The notes under the pieces are model-generated. The model was not told the DNA's origin and searched no databases. It saw only the letters and a program-made list of their open reading frames with translations. DNA of 64,000 bases, from contig JAQFVV010000002.1 in NCBI GenBank assembly GCA_028023455.1, positions 19,654,001 to 19,718,000 on the forward strand. The letters are read 5' to 3'. Position numbers and translations under genes: made by a program. Positions within the stretch are counted from its first letter, which is position 1. Every line of letters begins with the position of its first letter. Source of the DNA: Epiperipatus broadwayi (lineage: Eukaryota; Animalia; Onychophora). Below are positions 63,761 through 64,000 of this stretch, piece after piece.

Positions 63761-64000
63761 AGACTTTTCACTTATGTGGTATATCTGTGTGTATATTTTT
63801 CATTAAAAAAAGTATGTTTGTTCATATTTCTATTTTAAAATATAGGATCTAATAATATGTATATTTTATTATAGGATAAGCTATTCACACAATAAAAGGT
63901 TGGAGAAATTTATATATTTTTTTAGTTTAAACTCTTATCCGATGATATAAAATAATTGTCCACTCAATATTTTCAAATATTTTTTTTCTTTTAATTTAAA

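Overview
Very AT-rich (roughly three-quarters A+T by eye) eukaryotic, probably invertebrate, genomic DNA. It has no prokaryotic features and no intact long ORF. The window is mostly decayed mobile DNA: several RTE-clade LINE fragments, an L1/Tx1-type LINE fragment, a possible RNase-H LINE relic, and relics of mariner, Tigger/pogo, Merlin/ISXO2 and PIF/Harbinger-type transposases. A short tRNA-Gly-like SINE occurs in 5 copies, two with target-site duplications. One candidate Pol II promoter and first coding exon lies near 38.3-38.6 kb. The most striking signal is a dense set of small inverted-repeat (foldback) elements. Their arms carry minimal type-I hammerhead ribozyme (HHR) motifs (stem I-CUGANGA-stem II-GAAA-very short stem III-NUH-stem I) from at least 4-6 sequence-unrelated families. 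One foldback (61.66-62.34 kb) still encodes the C-terminus of a Penelope-like (PLE) GIY-YIG endonuclease upstream of its HHR-like motif, which ties these elements to PLE pseudo-LTRs. Two features look unusual. One HHR family has an extra A on both sides of stem II. An element at 5.45-5.71 kb has tandem HHRs whose stem III hexamers (ACTGGT / ACCAGT) are not self-palindromic but complement each other, suggesting a heterodimeric ribozyme. All calls come from reading the sequence by eye; no searches or folding programs were run.
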